Of a stretch of DNA of 64,000 nt, positions 61,646 to 64,000 are shown piece after piece. The position numbers and the translations under genes are program-made. This stretch comes from Antedon mediterranea. Its lineage: Eukaryota; Animalia; Echinodermata. The stretch is taken from assembly GCF_964355755.1 (NCBI RefSeq), contig NC_092672.1, positions 36,400,437 through 36,464,436 on the forward strand. The letters run 5' to 3'. Under the pieces are notes generated by a model that had not been told where the DNA came from, made no database searches, and was given only the letters and a program-made list of their open reading frames with translations. The stretch's first letter is position 1. Each line of letters starts with the position of its first letter.

Positions 61646-62669
61646 CACTTTGACTGCCAAATACGAAGATCTTCGTTTTTGGAAACACAACGCTTGACTG
61701 CCAAACACGAAGATCTTCGTTTTTCGCGTTTTTTTACGAAATCCGGTAGATAGGTTAATTATTGGTATATACTATAAATATGAACACTATATTCGGTCTG
61801 GACCGTCAATATTTTACAATTTGAAAGTAACTAATCTGGTTACGAACGATTGTCAAAATGGTACCTGTCGAAATAACAAACACCGCGCATCACAGTAGCG
61901 CGTAGAGCGATGGCTTGTCGCATTGTGTATCGGTCGCGCGCTAGCTATGCCGCCGAAGCATTACAAAGGTTTTTGTGGATTGACATGTTTGTTTGTTATC
62001 TGAATAAAAAATAATGGAGTCATTTTCAATATGAAGTCTTTAATTTTATTATTGTATGTATACCCTAATTGTTTTGGTGTTTTACTGAAACTTGTTTTGA
62101 AATGATATGGATATTATCATCAGTTTACTATCTAGGCTAGTAGTACTAGGCTAGCCTAGGCCTAGGCCTAGTCATAAAACGGTTCCGGACCAACTTTAGG
62201 CCTGGTTAACTAGGCCTGGTGTCTTTACTATTTGGATTTTGGCGAAACATTGATATAAGATTTATGATTTATAAAATGTAATACATTTTTCGATAGTGAT
62301 AACTTGTTTTTATAGGCCTATCGGTGCCGTGTAAGTAACTTTTTCGTTGTTTGTTGATCTCACCGGGCGATATTTTCATATTGTGATGTCTTGCACAAAA
62401 TTGCGAATATCTCGACTTTCTTGCGCGAAACTACGAAAAACTCAAAAAGTGGGTTACTTTCATTTTACTATTACGATTTACATATTGTGATTTAAAAATC
62501 GTTCTTGATACCATTGTAAAGCTAAAATCTTTATGATTATTTTAGTCTAAATTACATATAAATCAGATCACATACATGGTTTCAATCAGCTTTAATATAA
62601 ACATCGAATTGGGCTAAAAACGCTGGCGGTGGCAGTTTCTAACTGGAAAAACCTCTGGCAGTCAAAGTG
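61646..62669. mobile_element. Non-autonomous piggyBac-type element (1024 bp)
   Basis: TTAA|CACTTTGACTGCCA ... TGGCAGTCAAAGTG|TTAA (14-bp perfect TIR); left subterminal direct repeat TTGACTGCCAAA(T/C)ACGAAGATCTTCGTTTTT x2. Confidence 0.88.
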
Positions 62670-63693
62670 TTAAAAGATACTTAATTTCCCTACAATTACT
62701 AAAAATATCCACCCATTTCCTAAGGGTACAATATATACTGTACAGTGTACAGTACTTGAGACATTAAATGATGTCCAACCAGATACCTCTGTGATTGTGA
62801 AGTAGGAAACATTGATAGGAAAGATAGAACTGTATGACCTACTGTATATTATATTGTCTGGGTAAAAAGTAAAGAGTAAAAGTATGATAGTACAGTATAT
62901 TATCATAATTGAATTGTATTGATTAATATAGTTATATATTACATAGCCTATGTAAATACGCGAACGTGATTGGTTGAAACTGCATCACATGACTACCGCT
63001 GCGAGGATCGTAAATCGTATATATCCTCGAGAACGATGATATTGACCGTGTAATTTTCGCGTATTTTTCGTGTCCCCTGTCATTAAACATATAAATTCTC
63101 GAGTTCGATGATATTGACTGTGTAATTTTCGTGTGGCAACACTCGCGTTTGCTGATAAATAAACAAAAGTCATCTACTGGATCTTGAACTTGGGTGGAAT
63201 TGTCACTCCATCGCAAGACAACGCTTCAACCACTGCGCCACTGAACTTGCTTGAAGAAATTAATCTTCTAAACTATTTAAGCTATGCATACATAGCGCCC
63301 TCATTTGTTATTAGTCCACCCTAAATGTGATGAAACACCGTTTGTGATTGGTCAATACTCACGGTAATAACCTAGTAACTAGTACGCGCTGAACATCCGG
63401 TGATTCAGCTCCTCGAAGAGAAGAAGAAGACGAATTGTTTATTCGGCCTACCTGATTATAATATTATTATTAATAGGCTTATTGATGGAAATTCTTCTGT
63501 TAATTTAAACGACCTAGTAGGCCTAAGTGAATATTTTATTGCCAAGGAATCATTAATTAGTAATTATCTGTATATTATTCTTCGCAAGGTATAAGGTGTC
63601 TAGGCAGGCTTGTTTAAATACAATACAAATACTATAGGAGGCCTAGCCTAGCTTCACCCAACCCAGCAGACTTGTTCTTGGCTATATAATATA

Positions 63694-63848
63694 ACAGATA
63701 TTGCCTTTTATATCGGTTAAATATAAGATTTGACATCCCCTCGGGAATTATATTAAGTTCTCGGGAAATATATATTCCCTCGAACTTAATATCATTCCCT
63801 CGGGGATGTCAAATCTTATATTTAACCTCTAAGCAGTCAATATCTGTA
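63694..63848. mobile_element. Near-perfect ~155-bp hairpin element (MITE)
   Basis: GGTTAAATATAAGATTTGACATCCCC ... GGGGATGTCAAATCTTATATTTAACC, with further paired arms inside and outside. Confidence 0.8.
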
Positions 63849-64000
63849 TAATAATGTTAGATGTTGCATACAGTTACAATCAGTTTTAGTATTATTTTAA
63901 CGTTTTGTTTTATTGTCAAATCAATCAAATATGAACGAACTAAACAGCAAACATAATTGGTAGGGTCTTTAAACACTTGTATTTTCATCAATCCCCATAT

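Overview
AT-rich, intron-containing animal genomic DNA; an invertebrate deuterostome such as an echinoderm is plausible, but that is inference only. Six protein-coding loci were reconstructed by hand from splice sites and reading-frame phase: SUPT4H1/Spt4 (+, 4 exons), SPATA22 (-, 9 exons), a complete CUX/CASP dual-output locus (+; 11 shared exons, then either 4 CUT/homeodomain exons or 7 downstream golgin exons), TMEM17 (-, 4 exons), a divergent CDIPT/PI-synthase-like CDP-alcohol phosphatidyltransferase (-, 7 exons, one GC-AG intron) and exon 1 of a carboxypeptidase D-like M14 peptidase (+). Non-coding DNA is rich in non-autonomous mobile elements: about 18 copies of one palindromic Harbinger-type MITE, tRNA-derived SINEs, a CR1 3' end, piggyBac-, Kolobok-, Ginger- and P-like elements, and a 5.8-kb Mutator-like element carrying a ~560-bp satellite. 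The most notable unexplained signals are four minimal hammerhead-ribozyme-like motifs (one with an intact core, sense-oriented in CUX intron 1), an oriented array of CTCF-like motifs carried by the Mutator-like element, a MITE that has captured DNA from another copy 13 kb away, and a 207-nt spacer with an in-frame acceptor between the CDIPT-like gene and TMEM17. Family assignments come from recalled motifs, not database searches; coordinates were hand-counted and repeat boundaries may be off by a few bases.
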